Shown here: positions 9,698 through 18,890 of the stretch, piece by piece | How the letters are laid out: every line of letters starts with the position of its first letter | How positions within the stretch are numbered: the stretch's first letter is position 1 | Virus record (IMG/VR): IMGVR_UViG_3300014168_000003 | Span: 10,232-74,231 of that record | Strand: one strand, 5' to 3' | Length of the DNA: 64,000 nt | Source: a virus | Taxonomy: Duplodnaviria > Caudoviricetes | Notes under the pieces: model-generated | What the model was told of the DNA's origin: nothing | The model's input: the letters and a program-made list of their open reading frames with translations, nothing else | Database searches by the model: none | Position numbers and translations under genes: made by a program

Positions 9698-10483
9698 TCA
9701 GTCCTTCGAAACGATTTGCTTTTTACGACTTTTGCGCCTACTCCTCCACCATGTTGAATACGCCAACGCTGTGATGAGAGCAGCCACAACTCCTAATACT
9801 GCTCCCCAGCCAGGGCCGTTGGTGATAGTATGGTTCAGACTGAAGAAAAGAGAAGAGGGAAATTTTGAGACAACATCAAGATGAAGGGGCCGGGTTGAAA
9901 TATCTGTTCCAGCCGTATCATTCTCTGCAAAAATCTTGAGGGTGAAAAGAAGGTCTACTTTACCCTTACGGAGTGGGGTAACCTCATACCGCCAAGTGGC
10001 CGGATAGCCCTTGGGAGCCCTGTGCTGCCTTTCCTGCTGTCCTGGGGCGGGAGCGATGTCAAACTGCCCTGGAAGGGCTCCTTGAAGGGCTACGAGGTAA
10101 TATGCAGATACGGGAACAAGGGTGGCACCGATGCCAATTTCATTCGAATGAGAAGCGTCTGCCACCAGATCTGGTTCAGCGATAACTACTGTGATGATTC
10201 CGGTCTTCCCCACCGTCCAAACGGAAGTATCGGTCTCCACTTCTAAGGTGTCCATAGCCTCCTTCTCAGGGGGTTTAGGAGGTGGCTTAGGCGTGGCCGC
10301 TACCTTCAGATGTGACTGCTTGACTGCCTTTGCCACAGACTTCGAGATGGCCTGCTCCTCCACCTTAGTCTGGGCTGTCGTTTCGACCGGAGCAGGCAGA
10401 GCTACCCGCACAGGTGGAGGCATCTTCCCACAATTTATCATTAGTAACAATCCCATCATTAGGGTAAAACATATGGGTCGCAT
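9698..10483 (-). CDS. Predicted lipoprotein with C-terminal TM helix; u-spanin-like topology
   Basis: N-terminal hydrophobic signal ending LMINC, Pro-rich linker, beta-rich domain, C-terminal TM WGAVLGVVAALITALAY followed by RSRRKSRKK. Confidence 0.5.
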   Translation of the reverse strand: MRPICFTLMMGLLLMINCGKMPPPVRVALPAPVETTAQTKVEEQAISKSVAKAVKQSHLKVAATPKPPPKPPEKEAMDTLEVETDTSVWTVGKTGIITVVIAEPDLVADASHSNEIGIGATLVPVSAYYLVALQGALPGQFDIAPAPGQQERQHRAPKGYPATWRYEVTPLRKGKVDLLFTLKIFAENDTAGTDISTRPLHLDVVSKFPSSLFFSLNHTITNGPGWGAVLGVVAALITALAYSTWWRSRRKSRKKQIVSKD

Positions 10484-10492
10484 GGCTACCCC

Positions 10493-10514
10493 CTCTACAG
10501 GAGGAATAAAAAGT
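10493..10514 (-). promoter_or_regulatory. Putative late-class promoter ACTT-N12-GTAGAG
   Basis: The same bipartite motif recurs upstream of the portal, scaffold and other late genes. Confidence 0.5.
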
Positions 10515-10521
10515 CTGGGAA

Positions 10522-10551
10522 TAAAAAACCGGGGCTCATCAAAGCCCCGGT
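10522..10551 (-). terminator. Intrinsic terminator
   Basis: accggggct-catcaa-agccccggt followed on the minus strand by a T-run. Confidence 0.85.
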
Positions 10552-10585
10552 CTACTCATCAACTTGCTTTTCTCTTGGGATCCGG

Positions 10586-10792
10586 TTAGGACTGCTTGCG
10601 GACGTACTTGGATCCGCGCTTGCTGCCCTCCAGGGTGCAGAAGTTCTCGGCAATCAAGGACTTGAATCCCTTACGGACGAGATTGGCGTTGTCGAGTTCA
10701 GTGCTGAGGGCTCTGATCTGCTTGACAGTGAGCGTATCAGTCTTGGCGAACTCTCCTCTGATGACTGAGGTTACATCGGGTTTGGTGGTCAT
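10586..10792 (-). CDS. Small basic winged-helix DNA-binding protein
   Basis: 68 aa; TLTVKQIRAL..VRKGFKSLIAENF..GSKRGSKY; AGGAG RBS upstream. Confidence 0.55.
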   Translation of the reverse strand: MTTKPDVTSVIRGEFAKTDTLTVKQIRALSTELDNANLVRKGFKSLIAENFCTLEGSKRGSKYVRKQS

Positions 10793-10846
10793 ATGACTCT
10801 CCTTTGAGTTAACGGGGTGCGGAGGATTCCGCTGGTATGTTATGTA

Positions 10847-11092
10847 TTACTCGAAATGGTGGTGCTTTTGTTCGGAAAGTTTGTTCTCTTCCTTGCAATT
10901 TTCACAAATCAAAACTCCGTCCAGGGCATCCATCTGATCTACCATGGACAGTTCAGCCAAGTCGAAGGGAGCCCTGCACTGGAGGCAGCAAGGAATTGCC
11001 TTGGAGCCTGCCGGAGCCCTTTTCTCATATGTCGAGCGTGTCCCACCCTTCGGTTCTATACGGTCTAACTTACTAAGGCTCAAGACACCCAC
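10847..11092 (-). CDS. Zn-finger protein
   Basis: CLQC...LICENC. Confidence 0.55.
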   Translation of the reverse strand: MGVLSLSKLDRIEPKGGTRSTYEKRAPAGSKAIPCCLQCRAPFDLAELSMVDQMDALDGVLICENCKEENKLSEQKHHHFE

Positions 11093-11131
11093 CCAAACTC
11101 CTTCTACCTGCTCTACTAATACTGCGTTTTG

Positions 11132-11407
11132 TCATGACTGCTGCGAAAGACTTTGAAGGCCGACGAGAGATTTCGCCATTGAATCCTTGGCCAATTGTTT
11201 TAGGTCTTCCATGGACATTTCATGCCAATCGGCCTCAGCGGGATCCTTCACGAGGATGCTACCGATGGGGCCGAGTAGAGAATCAAGAGGGATAATTTGG
11301 AAAGCTGAATCTCGAAGTTCCACCCTTCCGCTGTAGTCGGTGCTGCCATGCACTGGCTTAAAAAAAGCCATGTACTCATGATCTCCGATTTTAGCAAGAA
11401 GGCACAC
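11132..11407 (-). CDS. Hypothetical protein
   Basis: 91-aa co-oriented ORF. Confidence 0.55.
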   Translation of the reverse strand: MCLLAKIGDHEYMAFFKPVHGSTDYSGRVELRDSAFQIIPLDSLLGPIGSILVKDPAEADWHEMSMEDLKQLAKDSMAKSLVGLQSLSQQS

Positions 11408-11418
11408 ATTGACCTCGA

Positions 11419-11925
11419 TTAGAGACTTAGACCGAGGATCTTTTCTGCCAGTGCGACCCAGTTAGTGGGCTGCTGGTCTACCCAGATACTCACTAACATG
11501 GAGAGAAGCGCATCCTTGAGATGGTCAGCCAGCACCCCAAAAAGCCCCCCAAAAGTAATGGACTGACCCACAATCTGAATAGCCACTGCCAGGACGATTT
11601 CATTGTCGATCTTACTTCCCAAGGTTCCGGCAGGATCATACTGTTTCAGAATGGCAGTCTTTGCCAACTCGCAAGCTGAGGCGACCAAGGCGATCAGGGT
11701 TTCCACATCGGCCATGGTGGTCCACAGAGCGGGGGGAACACAGCACTTCGGCCAATCGAGGGACTTGATGACAGCCAACTCTGCCTTTGCGGGAGAGAGA
11801 TTCAGATACTGCTGAACCGCTGCTTCGAACTGTGCCTTGTTGATCTGAATAGTGATGGCTGGGACGGAGGGAGCAGGTGCTCCGGTTGCTCCAGTGGCTC
11901 CGGTAGCGTTGATGGGTGATGCCAT
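11419..11925 (-). CDS. Hypothetical protein with hydrophobic C-half (holin-like position, unconfirmed)
   Basis: 168 aa, AGGAG RBS, hydrophobic helices in the C-terminal half, near the spanin-like genes. Confidence 0.55.
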   Translation of the reverse strand: MASPINATGATGATGAPAPSVPAITIQINKAQFEAAVQQYLNLSPAKAELAVIKSLDWPKCCVPPALWTTMADVETLIALVASACELAKTAILKQYDPAGTLGSKIDNEIVLAVAIQIVGQSITFGGLFGVLADHLKDALLSMLVSIWVDQQPTNWVALAEKILGLSL

Positions 11926-11998
11926 GTTGTATCTCCTATGATGTCAAAAAGGGGGAAGTTCCTCACCTATTCTAGGTACTGAATATTCAGTTTATTAA

Positions 11999-12055
11999 GG
12001 TCGAAATGGTAATTTTATGTTGTTGAGAAACCTGCATAAAATTACCATTTCGACC
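11999..12055. repeat. Perfect 21-bp inverted repeat with 15-nt spacer
   Basis: ggtcgaaatggtaattttatg (11999-12019) and cataaaattaccatttcgacc (12035-12055); intergenic. Confidence 0.9.
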
Positions 12056-12071
12056 CGTGGTTAAAAACGCA

Positions 12072-12953
12072 TTATTTTGCACCAAACCTATACGTATAAA
12101 GGACTGTCCACCCATTATTCACATAACCAGTGGCGATCCCAGATACTGGAGAGAACTGCTTTCCGATCAGACCACTCAGACGGGGTTTTCCAGTTTGCAT
12201 ATCATAACTGGATCCGATCATAAACGTATATTTTGGTGTTGGAGCAGTTCTGGCAATATCCGACTGACTAAAATAGGCATCCCCGTTGATTAAGGGGATT
12301 TGCTCAGTTCCAATCTTGACCGATCCGTTGTACACATCCCTAGATAGTGTAAGTGCTGCCCTTGCACCATCCCCACTGGTTCTCCACTCTCCATAACTTG
12401 CTGTAAATTTTTCGGTGTGGTTGTCCCACTGACTCTTAAGTCCGGAAGAGGCTGGATCATATGTGAGATTGAGAGCAGTCAGCGGGGGGGCCGACCCTCT
12501 ATCCTGGGTCAGAGTCGTGCTAAAGCCCCCAGTCGGAGTTTTCTGCACGGTAGTTTGACCCATAGCGGATAATTGCCCCTGGATTTGCCCAACCGCTGTG
12601 GCAAGATTTGTGAGAGTCCCATCCTGTTTAGCCACAGCCGCATTAAAGGCAGACCCCATCTGAGCCTTAACCTTATCTTCCAAATCTGACTGAGTAACCA
12701 CATGCCCTGCAAGCTGGTCCACCTTATCAGAAAGAGCCTGGAACTGAGCCATTTGAGTCTGAGCGATTGCTTGAGTCGGCATATTACGCTTTGTTACCCA
12801 CCACGTGATCCCAATAGCTAGAATTAGAATCAGAAAATGCCCACCACTGAAATTAATGGTAGGCATTTGAAATCTGGGAGGGTCCACAGGAAGCGGGGTA
12901 ATAGCTGGAGATGGGACCAGTGCTGGAGCTGAAGTGAATTGTGTGTCAGGCAT
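12072..12953 (-). CDS. Membrane-anchored coiled-coil protein with beta-rich C-terminus; spanin-like
   Basis: TM FLILILAIGITWW, then a Q/A-rich coiled coil, ending in amphipathic beta strands ...WTVLYTYRFGAK. Confidence 0.5.
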   Translation of the reverse strand: MPDTQFTSAPALVPSPAITPLPVDPPRFQMPTINFSGGHFLILILAIGITWWVTKRNMPTQAIAQTQMAQFQALSDKVDQLAGHVVTQSDLEDKVKAQMGSAFNAAVAKQDGTLTNLATAVGQIQGQLSAMGQTTVQKTPTGGFSTTLTQDRGSAPPLTALNLTYDPASSGLKSQWDNHTEKFTASYGEWRTSGDGARAALTLSRDVYNGSVKIGTEQIPLINGDAYFSQSDIARTAPTPKYTFMIGSSYDMQTGKPRLSGLIGKQFSPVSGIATGYVNNGWTVLYTYRFGAK

Positions 12954-13016
12954 ATAAATTTCCCTTTAAGCTGCATAAAAGAAAATCAGAACACACTCTT
13001 AGGAATTACCTTTGAA

Positions 13017-13805
13017 CTAAGAGGGTTTAGCGGGGTAGCCCTTCTTCTTATAGCCGAACACCCATCCCTCTGCTAAAAACCCAGGAATATCGATTTCCTG
13101 AACTCGTCTAGATTCGTGACTATTGTTCATCCACTTGCCCCTTGGAAGGGCGCGTAGCTTAGCTTTGGTCTCTTCAGAAGAATGTGTACCTTCGTGTAGC
13201 TCAGATAAATGCTGTCGTTGTTCTATCGAAAGGTGCCCACCTTTATTCCAGCCCACCTTCCCAGCATTTTTTCCTAAATTACTTAACCCTATTTTCTTTT
13301 TGGTTTCTTCAGAGGGGAGGTATCCCTCTCTAGTTTTAAGCATTCGCTGTCGTATGGTTGGATCATCTTGGTGCATTTTCTTCATTCGTTCTGATTGTCG
13401 TTGTCGCTGCTCAGGTGTTAGCTTCATGCCCAATGTAGTAGACGGAGTAGGTGAGATGTTATAACCGTTATCAATAACATCGTAAACCCCCATCCAGTAT
13501 TTCTCTCTAGCATTAAGAATTGAAGGAGTCTTTTCACAAACTTCCAAAATACCAAAGACCCAATCTTGAGGAGAATATTTATCCCAGGCAGCCTGTAATT
13601 TTTGATGCTTGTTTTTGTAAGCTCCTCGCATCAAACACTTCCAATGGTTGTACCATCGTCCATATATCCCTGTCTTTCCAGCAGCTTGTCCGACATAAGA
13701 TTTTCCAGATTTCTTATTATATATCCTATATACTCCAATAATTACTTCAGAAAACCCATTAGCTGAATGAAAGTAGTTTCTTTGTTCAATATTTCGGTAT
13801 GGCAT
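13017..13805 (-). mobile_element. Free-standing GIY-YIG homing endonuclease with NUMOD3 repeats
   Basis: GVYRIYNKKSGKSYVGQA..GRW..H, REKYWM..GYNI, SEETKKKIG and SEETKAKL repeats; AT-rich relative to flanks. Confidence 0.9.
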
Positions 13806-13865
13806 AACTATCTCCCTGTAGCATATCTATACAAGGAGGTAGTTAGTTGTGTTCTTTTCCAAACC

Positions 13866-14948
13866 TTATTTTCTAGAATTTAAAATCCTCACATAATTCA
13901 GGCAACCAGAAGCGGTCGCATCAAACGGAGTTGCAGAAAGTCTGGCCTCTGAAACTTTAAATCTCACATCAAGGTTTTCCATGAAAATTTTGTTGAAAAG
14001 TTTCATAAAATTAGGAGATTTAGTAGTGCCTCCGGCCAAAACAACCGGAATCATCCCAGGAATCTCTACCCTATTCTCATTGAAAGCAAAATATTTATTA
14101 GTTGCATTGACCAACTTAGTAATTAGGTCAGTATAGGCTACTGAGATAGCTTCAGCTTGCCGTTCAGTCTGAGTGTCATCAAACTCACCCTGAGCCGTTA
14201 CCACCCCTGTCATCAAATCAACACCCCGCTCCTTCAACAAGGTGATATGAGAGAGGGTGGAATCAGTTGCCTTTGCTGCCATATGGTCGATGTAGTCTCC
14301 GCCAAATGGAAGGGCAAAGGACTTAACTGGTATTGATTTAAAGGTAAGGGCTAAATTTGATGTGCCAGCCCCAAAACTAATGGCCAATCCAGTGAGGGGC
14401 ACTTCATCCTTGTTCTTTGGGGAAACAGTCTCATTGAAACATACAGAGACCGCCTCATTGACCGGACGGGCTGTATAACCCAGATCAGTGATGAGATTCT
14501 TGAAGAAACTAGTATGGAAGGCAAGAGAGGTATCCCCACTAGTCTTAGGGGCAACAGTGGACTCAAGGTCAAAGATAGGGCCGGGGACTGAGAAGGCCAC
14601 GAGTTCCCCCGGAACCTGGGGTTTGCCAAGGATCTGTTGAAGGATGAGTTGGAGAATCTCCTTACCATCCTCTTCTTTAGGACTGATAAAGCCCTTGCTG
14701 AGAGGGCGGCGTAGCTCCCCTCCGAGTACACCAATCAGGTTGATCGCATCATTGCCGACCACATAGACTTCTTCCGCACCCTCAATAAACTCCACTCCAG
14801 CGATTTCCAATGCAGGAGATTGGTCGAGAGGAAGAGCCAGGAAGCAATCTCTTACTGAGCTAATTTTGACTTTATTGTCGATGTCAGATTTGGCAGAGAC
14901 GATGTAGGCGGTACCAATATCTAATCCTATTCCGGTGGTGTTTGGCAT
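13866..14948 (-). CDS. Actin-fold ATPase (MreB/FtsA/ParM superfamily)
   Basis: Phosphate 1 IGLDIGTAY, connect VNEAVSV, phosphate 2 ISFGAGTSNL, FGGDYID, adenosine VVLAGGTT. Confidence 0.85.
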   Translation of the reverse strand: MPNTTGIGLDIGTAYIVSAKSDIDNKVKISSVRDCFLALPLDQSPALEIAGVEFIEGAEEVYVVGNDAINLIGVLGGELRRPLSKGFISPKEEDGKEILQLILQQILGKPQVPGELVAFSVPGPIFDLESTVAPKTSGDTSLAFHTSFFKNLITDLGYTARPVNEAVSVCFNETVSPKNKDEVPLTGLAISFGAGTSNLALTFKSIPVKSFALPFGGDYIDHMAAKATDSTLSHITLLKERGVDLMTGVVTAQGEFDDTQTERQAEAISVAYTDLITKLVNATNKYFAFNENRVEIPGMIPVVLAGGTTKSPNFMKLFNKIFMENLDVRFKVSEARLSATPFDATASGCLNYVRILNSRK

Positions 14949-16024
14949 TTTGACTCCTTGGTCAGTTTAATTTTTATTACTGTAGAATGTTGATTCGATT
15001 TATCCGAGGTTTCACTTTTCGGGGGTAGGATCGAATGTTCATCCAATTCCGCGATCATTTTTGGGGAGAAACGGTAAGAATCACCGTAATACTTAACCAC
15101 ATCCTTGTAGGTTTTGATCCGACTATCATCTTTGAACAGAGTCTCCATGATGGCCTGTTTAAGGATTGAATAGAAGATAAACGCACTCTTTGGTTTTTTG
15201 ATGTCGCTAGACTCAATGGCCGCTAATGTTTCTTTAATTATAACTTTTGGGTCTTTGATGCCACTGAATATCAACTTCTTTGTCATGGCAGTCACCGTCT
15301 TCTGCCGACCATACTTGACTTTTTTCTCATCCGGTTCGTCAGATGGGAGAGGTTCGGTAACCTCTACAACAAACTCCAGATCTTTGGCCAAAGTCATGAT
15401 GGCCTCATCACTGTACTCTTTCACATACTCATCCACCAGATCAGAATAATAGAACACCCTAGAGTGAGGAGGCACAAAACTCAAATCCTTAAGATTGTGT
15501 AGGGGGGTGTCGATGAACATTTGCCTTGTCTTGAGTTCGACTCTGACCAGGGCATAACCCCGATCTATACGAGACACATGTCCACAGAACCCTTTGTCCA
15601 AACCATCCAGAATACGAACAAAAGAGCCGACCTGAATAGATTCGGGGCTCTTCATGAACTTCTCTTCAGTCGTCTTGATCAGGTCTTGGACGTAATCGTC
15701 TTCCACCATCAGAGCCTTATCGATCCGCTGCTGCTCTCCCTCACAAAGGACTCCCACCACACCCGTGACTCCTTTGAATTTCTGCAATTCTTTCTTTCGA
15801 TCAGAGCGAAGGAACACATAGGAGGAGGTGGATAGGCTGAACAGATTAAGATCTCGGTCTTCAATCGGAACAAACACTTCACAAGATCCCCCATCCTTGA
15901 AGATGGTGGGCATGGTTTTACCAACACGACGAATCACATTCTCTACCGTTCGCTCCGACCTGACTTCAAGGATATACCACTTGAGTCCCTTGAGCTTTTT
16001 GATATCACCGTATTGAAGAATCAC
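14927..16024 (-). CDS. NusG-family transcription elongation/antitermination factor with long C-terminal extension
   Basis: NGN: KWYILEVRS..SSYVFLR..GVTGVVG; KOW: IQVGSFVRILDGLDKGFCGHV; about 180 extra C-terminal aa. Confidence 0.8.
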   Translation of the reverse strand: MILQYGDIKKLKGLKWYILEVRSERTVENVIRRVGKTMPTIFKDGGSCEVFVPIEDRDLNLFSLSTSSYVFLRSDRKKELQKFKGVTGVVGVLCEGEQQRIDKALMVEDDYVQDLIKTTEEKFMKSPESIQVGSFVRILDGLDKGFCGHVSRIDRGYALVRVELKTRQMFIDTPLHNLKDLSFVPPHSRVFYYSDLVDEYVKEYSDEAIMTLAKDLEFVVEVTEPLPSDEPDEKKVKYGRQKTVTAMTKKLIFSGIKDPKVIIKETLAAIESSDIKKPKSAFIFYSILKQAIMETLFKDDSRIKTYKDVVKYYGDSYRFSPKMIAELDEHSILPPKSETSDKSNQHSTVIKIKLTKESKCQTPPE

Positions 16025-17036
16025 CGATATTACTCGCTTCAGAAATAATTTTGTTCCAACTTTCCTCCGTGGCGATTGGAGCCCGTTGGACCTCCTTTTT
16101 TAGAGAAGGGGAGGAGATGAGGACTGGCAGTTCCACAGCTTTTCTTGAATCCGCCAATTCTTTTATGAGAATAAACAACGCTGATGGGGGAGGGGTGATA
16201 ACAGATTTCCATTTGATGAAAATGTCTCCCACCCTTATATAATTACTCAGTTTTTCGGCAATAACTCCAAGAGATTTTGTACTATCATAAAAAGCCATCG
16301 AATATACTTCAAATAAAGTATCGATAAGCTCTTCCATGGGATGCATATCTTTAATCGAGCCAGCCATTTTCATAATATCCGGATGATCGATGTTAGATAA
16401 CAGTTTGATGGCCTGTTCCTCAATATTTACTTGAAGTTTACGCACCGTCCCTACCGTTATGTCTCCCACTACCGAAGTGGCCTGAAGATCAAGAATAGCC
16501 CGTGAGGGAATGTCAGAACTTCTGGCAGCTATGAGATTAAGAGCCTCTAGTTCAAAGTTGAGGTGATGACTGGCGCAAATGGAGCCGAGCAGACCGACCA
16601 TATCTGTTCGACTTGGTTTCAGACAAGGGATTCGCAAAGCCCTGGCCCTGAGTCCCTTATGCACTTTGTTGTAGCTGACACAGAGGAAGATGGAAACTGT
16701 CTTAACGTCTGACCGATCCAGGTATGCACAAAGTTGATCCGCCTGTTCGGTGGATAGCCGCTCCGCATGATCCCAGATCAGGCAAGTGTATTCATCCAAA
16801 TCCTCTTGTTGCAATATTTGTGAGAAAAACTCAGGCTGGACGACTTTGGGTTTGACATCAGGGAACAAATCATGGAAAAACAGTTTAGCCATGGTGTTCT
16901 TCCCTACCCCATTCAGGCCATCGAACACATAGCAAGAGGGAGCACGATCCCGGTTCTCCAGGATCGCTCTCAGCAACTCCAGTGATCTAGTGTTGCCCAC
17001 AATTTGATTCAGCGATACTGGTGCCCAGAAATTCAA
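16005..17036 (-). CDS. Clamp-loader AAA+ subunit, DnaX/HolB-like
   Basis: WAPVSLNQIVGN, YVFDGLNGVGKNT, LIWDHAERLS, LRARAL, A..S..IPSRAILDL. Confidence 0.8.
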   Translation of the reverse strand: MNFWAPVSLNQIVGNTRSLELLRAILENRDRAPSCYVFDGLNGVGKNTMAKLFFHDLFPDVKPKVVQPEFFSQILQQEDLDEYTCLIWDHAERLSTEQADQLCAYLDRSDVKTVSIFLCVSYNKVHKGLRARALRIPCLKPSRTDMVGLLGSICASHHLNFELEALNLIAARSSDIPSRAILDLQATSVVGDITVGTVRKLQVNIEEQAIKLLSNIDHPDIMKMAGSIKDMHPMEELIDTLFEVYSMAFYDSTKSLGVIAEKLSNYIRVGDIFIKWKSVITPPPSALFILIKELADSRKAVELPVLISSPSLKKEVQRAPIATEESWNKIISEASNIGDSSIR

Positions 17037-17061
17037 CAGTGCTCCCTCTTCCTACTATCTA

Positions 17062-18369
17062 TTACCTGGATTCTTTGATGTCCTTGAGCACGGAGTAGTA
17101 GGTGAACACCGATTCCTTCATCGAATCATAGCTCATCTTCCAATACTCTGCAATCGTCGGAGCACTACCGGTAGCCTTGATATGGGTCTTGATCATTCGC
17201 CTGTAGTTGTCGATGTTCAGACCACAGACCCGCAGCCCCGGAAGATCCTTGTGGAACAGCACAGGGGATGCCTGAATGCTGAACAACTTCTCCAGGAATT
17301 TCCTGGATTCTCCGTTCTTGGCAATGCGGTCAGTGTAGTGGCAGAACGTAAGATCCGCGACCGCGACCCGAGCCGACTCATGGGAATTGAGAAGCTCCGT
17401 CACTTCGTAAGTGCTCCTCGCTGCCGTGGGAGACACGAAGCGGGGGTCCAGGAAGAGGGCCAGGGGTGCGGACATGCCGACATGAAATCCCTGGATCTCG
17501 CTGAACGCACAGTACGCCTTCAGGATCTTCTCCATAACCGCATTGGAGTCTGGTTCCACTCCATCGGCTCCGTGGAGCTTGAACTCTTCCAGACGCCGCA
17601 CCACATCATCCTTGATCACCGAAGTGCTGTACAGTGTCTCCAGAGCCCCGGAAACGTCATCTGCGTTGATGTCCCCGACCAGATCATCAGGAGTCGTGAA
17701 GATCAATCCCATTTCATCCAGAAGGGTCATGATGGGCTCAAGGATCGCCTTCGCACCGCTGCTGATCCAGATGTAACCCATGTTGAAGTCAATGACCACC
17801 TGATGGTGCTTGCGGACGAAGGTGTTGATATCTTCCACCTGTTCGGTGATTTGCTTCTTGATGTCCGCAGACTGGAACTTGAAGGGGGCTCCGTAGTTGT
17901 AGGCCAGATGCTCCTTCTTGCTGTTCACATCCATTGCGTCGATGTATTCGAACATCATTACCCACATGCCGTACACACCAGGGGAGAACTGCCACTGGTC
18001 CAAACTCGGCTCCCAGAAGGGCTCCAGGGGGACATGAATCTTCCCTGAGATAAGCTCATCATCCATCATCTCCCATTCACGGAGATTGGTCTGGTTGTTG
18101 ATGAAACACTCCAGGTCTTCCGATTTGAAGTCCTTTGCCGTCTTGTCCACGTAGAACTCGATCTCTTCCAGATCACCCATGCGGGGTTGCTGGAAGGGAG
18201 CGAGACCGATAGTAGAAGACTTCTCGTGGATCGCCTCGCTAATGGCCACAAGGGGAATGTAGCGAGACCCAGCGGCTTCGAACGCTGTCTTGAAGGCTTC
18301 CAATGGGGCCACACCCCCATCACCCTGCACTAGTTTCAGCAGGGTCCATGTTCCTTTACCAAACATCAT
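17062..18369 (-). CDS. RdgC-like recombination-associated protein
   Basis: HQVVIDFNMGYIWISSGAKAILEPIMTLL resembles the RdgC core; GC3-rich codons. Confidence 0.4.
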   Translation of the reverse strand: MMFGKGTWTLLKLVQGDGGVAPLEAFKTAFEAAGSRYIPLVAISEAIHEKSSTIGLAPFQQPRMGDLEEIEFYVDKTAKDFKSEDLECFINNQTNLREWEMMDDELISGKIHVPLEPFWEPSLDQWQFSPGVYGMWVMMFEYIDAMDVNSKKEHLAYNYGAPFKFQSADIKKQITEQVEDINTFVRKHHQVVIDFNMGYIWISSGAKAILEPIMTLLDEMGLIFTTPDDLVGDINADDVSGALETLYSTSVIKDDVVRRLEEFKLHGADGVEPDSNAVMEKILKAYCAFSEIQGFHVGMSAPLALFLDPRFVSPTAARSTYEVTELLNSHESARVAVADLTFCHYTDRIAKNGESRKFLEKLFSIQASPVLFHKDLPGLRVCGLNIDNYRRMIKTHIKATGSAPTIAEYWKMSYDSMKESVFTYYSVLKDIKESR

Positions 18370-18375
18370 TGTGGT

Positions 18376-18528
18376 TTACCCCTTCATCTTAAGGATGATG
18401 TGGGCTCCGATGCAGAGGATCACACCCGCGATAAGACCGTGGATGAGTCCGAAATTGAGGAGCCAGGAACCAAGAGTGACGACCGCCACTCCGCCGACTG
18501 AGTAGAAAAACTTTGCTACGTTGTTCAT
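18376..18528 (-). CDS. Small two-TM membrane protein (50 aa), below the ORF-track cutoff
   Basis: Manual translation MNNVAKFFYSVGGVAVVTLGSWLLNFGLIHGLIAGVILCIGAHIILKMKG*; AAGGAGG RBS. Confidence 0.65.
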   Translation of the reverse strand: MNNVAKFFYSVGGVAVVTLGSWLLNFGLIHGLIAGVILCIGAHIILKMKG

Positions 18529-18890
18529 TGTGCCTCCTTGGGCAGTGAATCAGGCTTGCTAGTATTGATACTGTCTTGCATCAATTTCGCAAGCCTGGAT
18601 TTTTCATTTTCAAGAACTGCTTTGACTTCTTCAGATAGGGGCCAAGTGGTGATGATCTGGTCCACCGCAGCCACGAAATCTGCATAGGAGCAGCCGGTAT
18701 TGAGCCAGCCCCCTCCATCTTGAAGGGAGTAGTCAATAAACGGAGTGACGGTTCCATCCTCCAAAGTGAGATCGTAAATCCAATAACGCTCACATTCCCC
18801 GGAGATAAAAACATCCATCATCTCTGCCGTGTCACGATGCTTGAAGACCTTATATAAGGCTCCTCTGAGTAGGGGGATAGAGTCAATCAT
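18525..18890 (-). CDS. Hypothetical protein
   Basis: 121 aa, overlaps both neighbours. Confidence 0.6.
   Translation of the reverse strand: MIDSIPLLRGALYKVFKHRDTAEMMDVFISGECERYWIYDLTLEDGTVTPFIDYSLQDGGGWLNTGCSYADFVAAVDQIITTWPLSEEVKAVLENEKSRLAKLMQDSINTSKPDSLPKEAQ

Noticed and set aside
13017-13805. First GIY-YIG as intron-encoded
   Set aside because: Both flanking genes look complete, the spacers are only about 60 nt, and no P/Q/R/S elements were seen.
17182-18048. 288-aa plus-strand ORF
   Set aside because: Antisense shadow of the GC3-rich RdgC-like gene.
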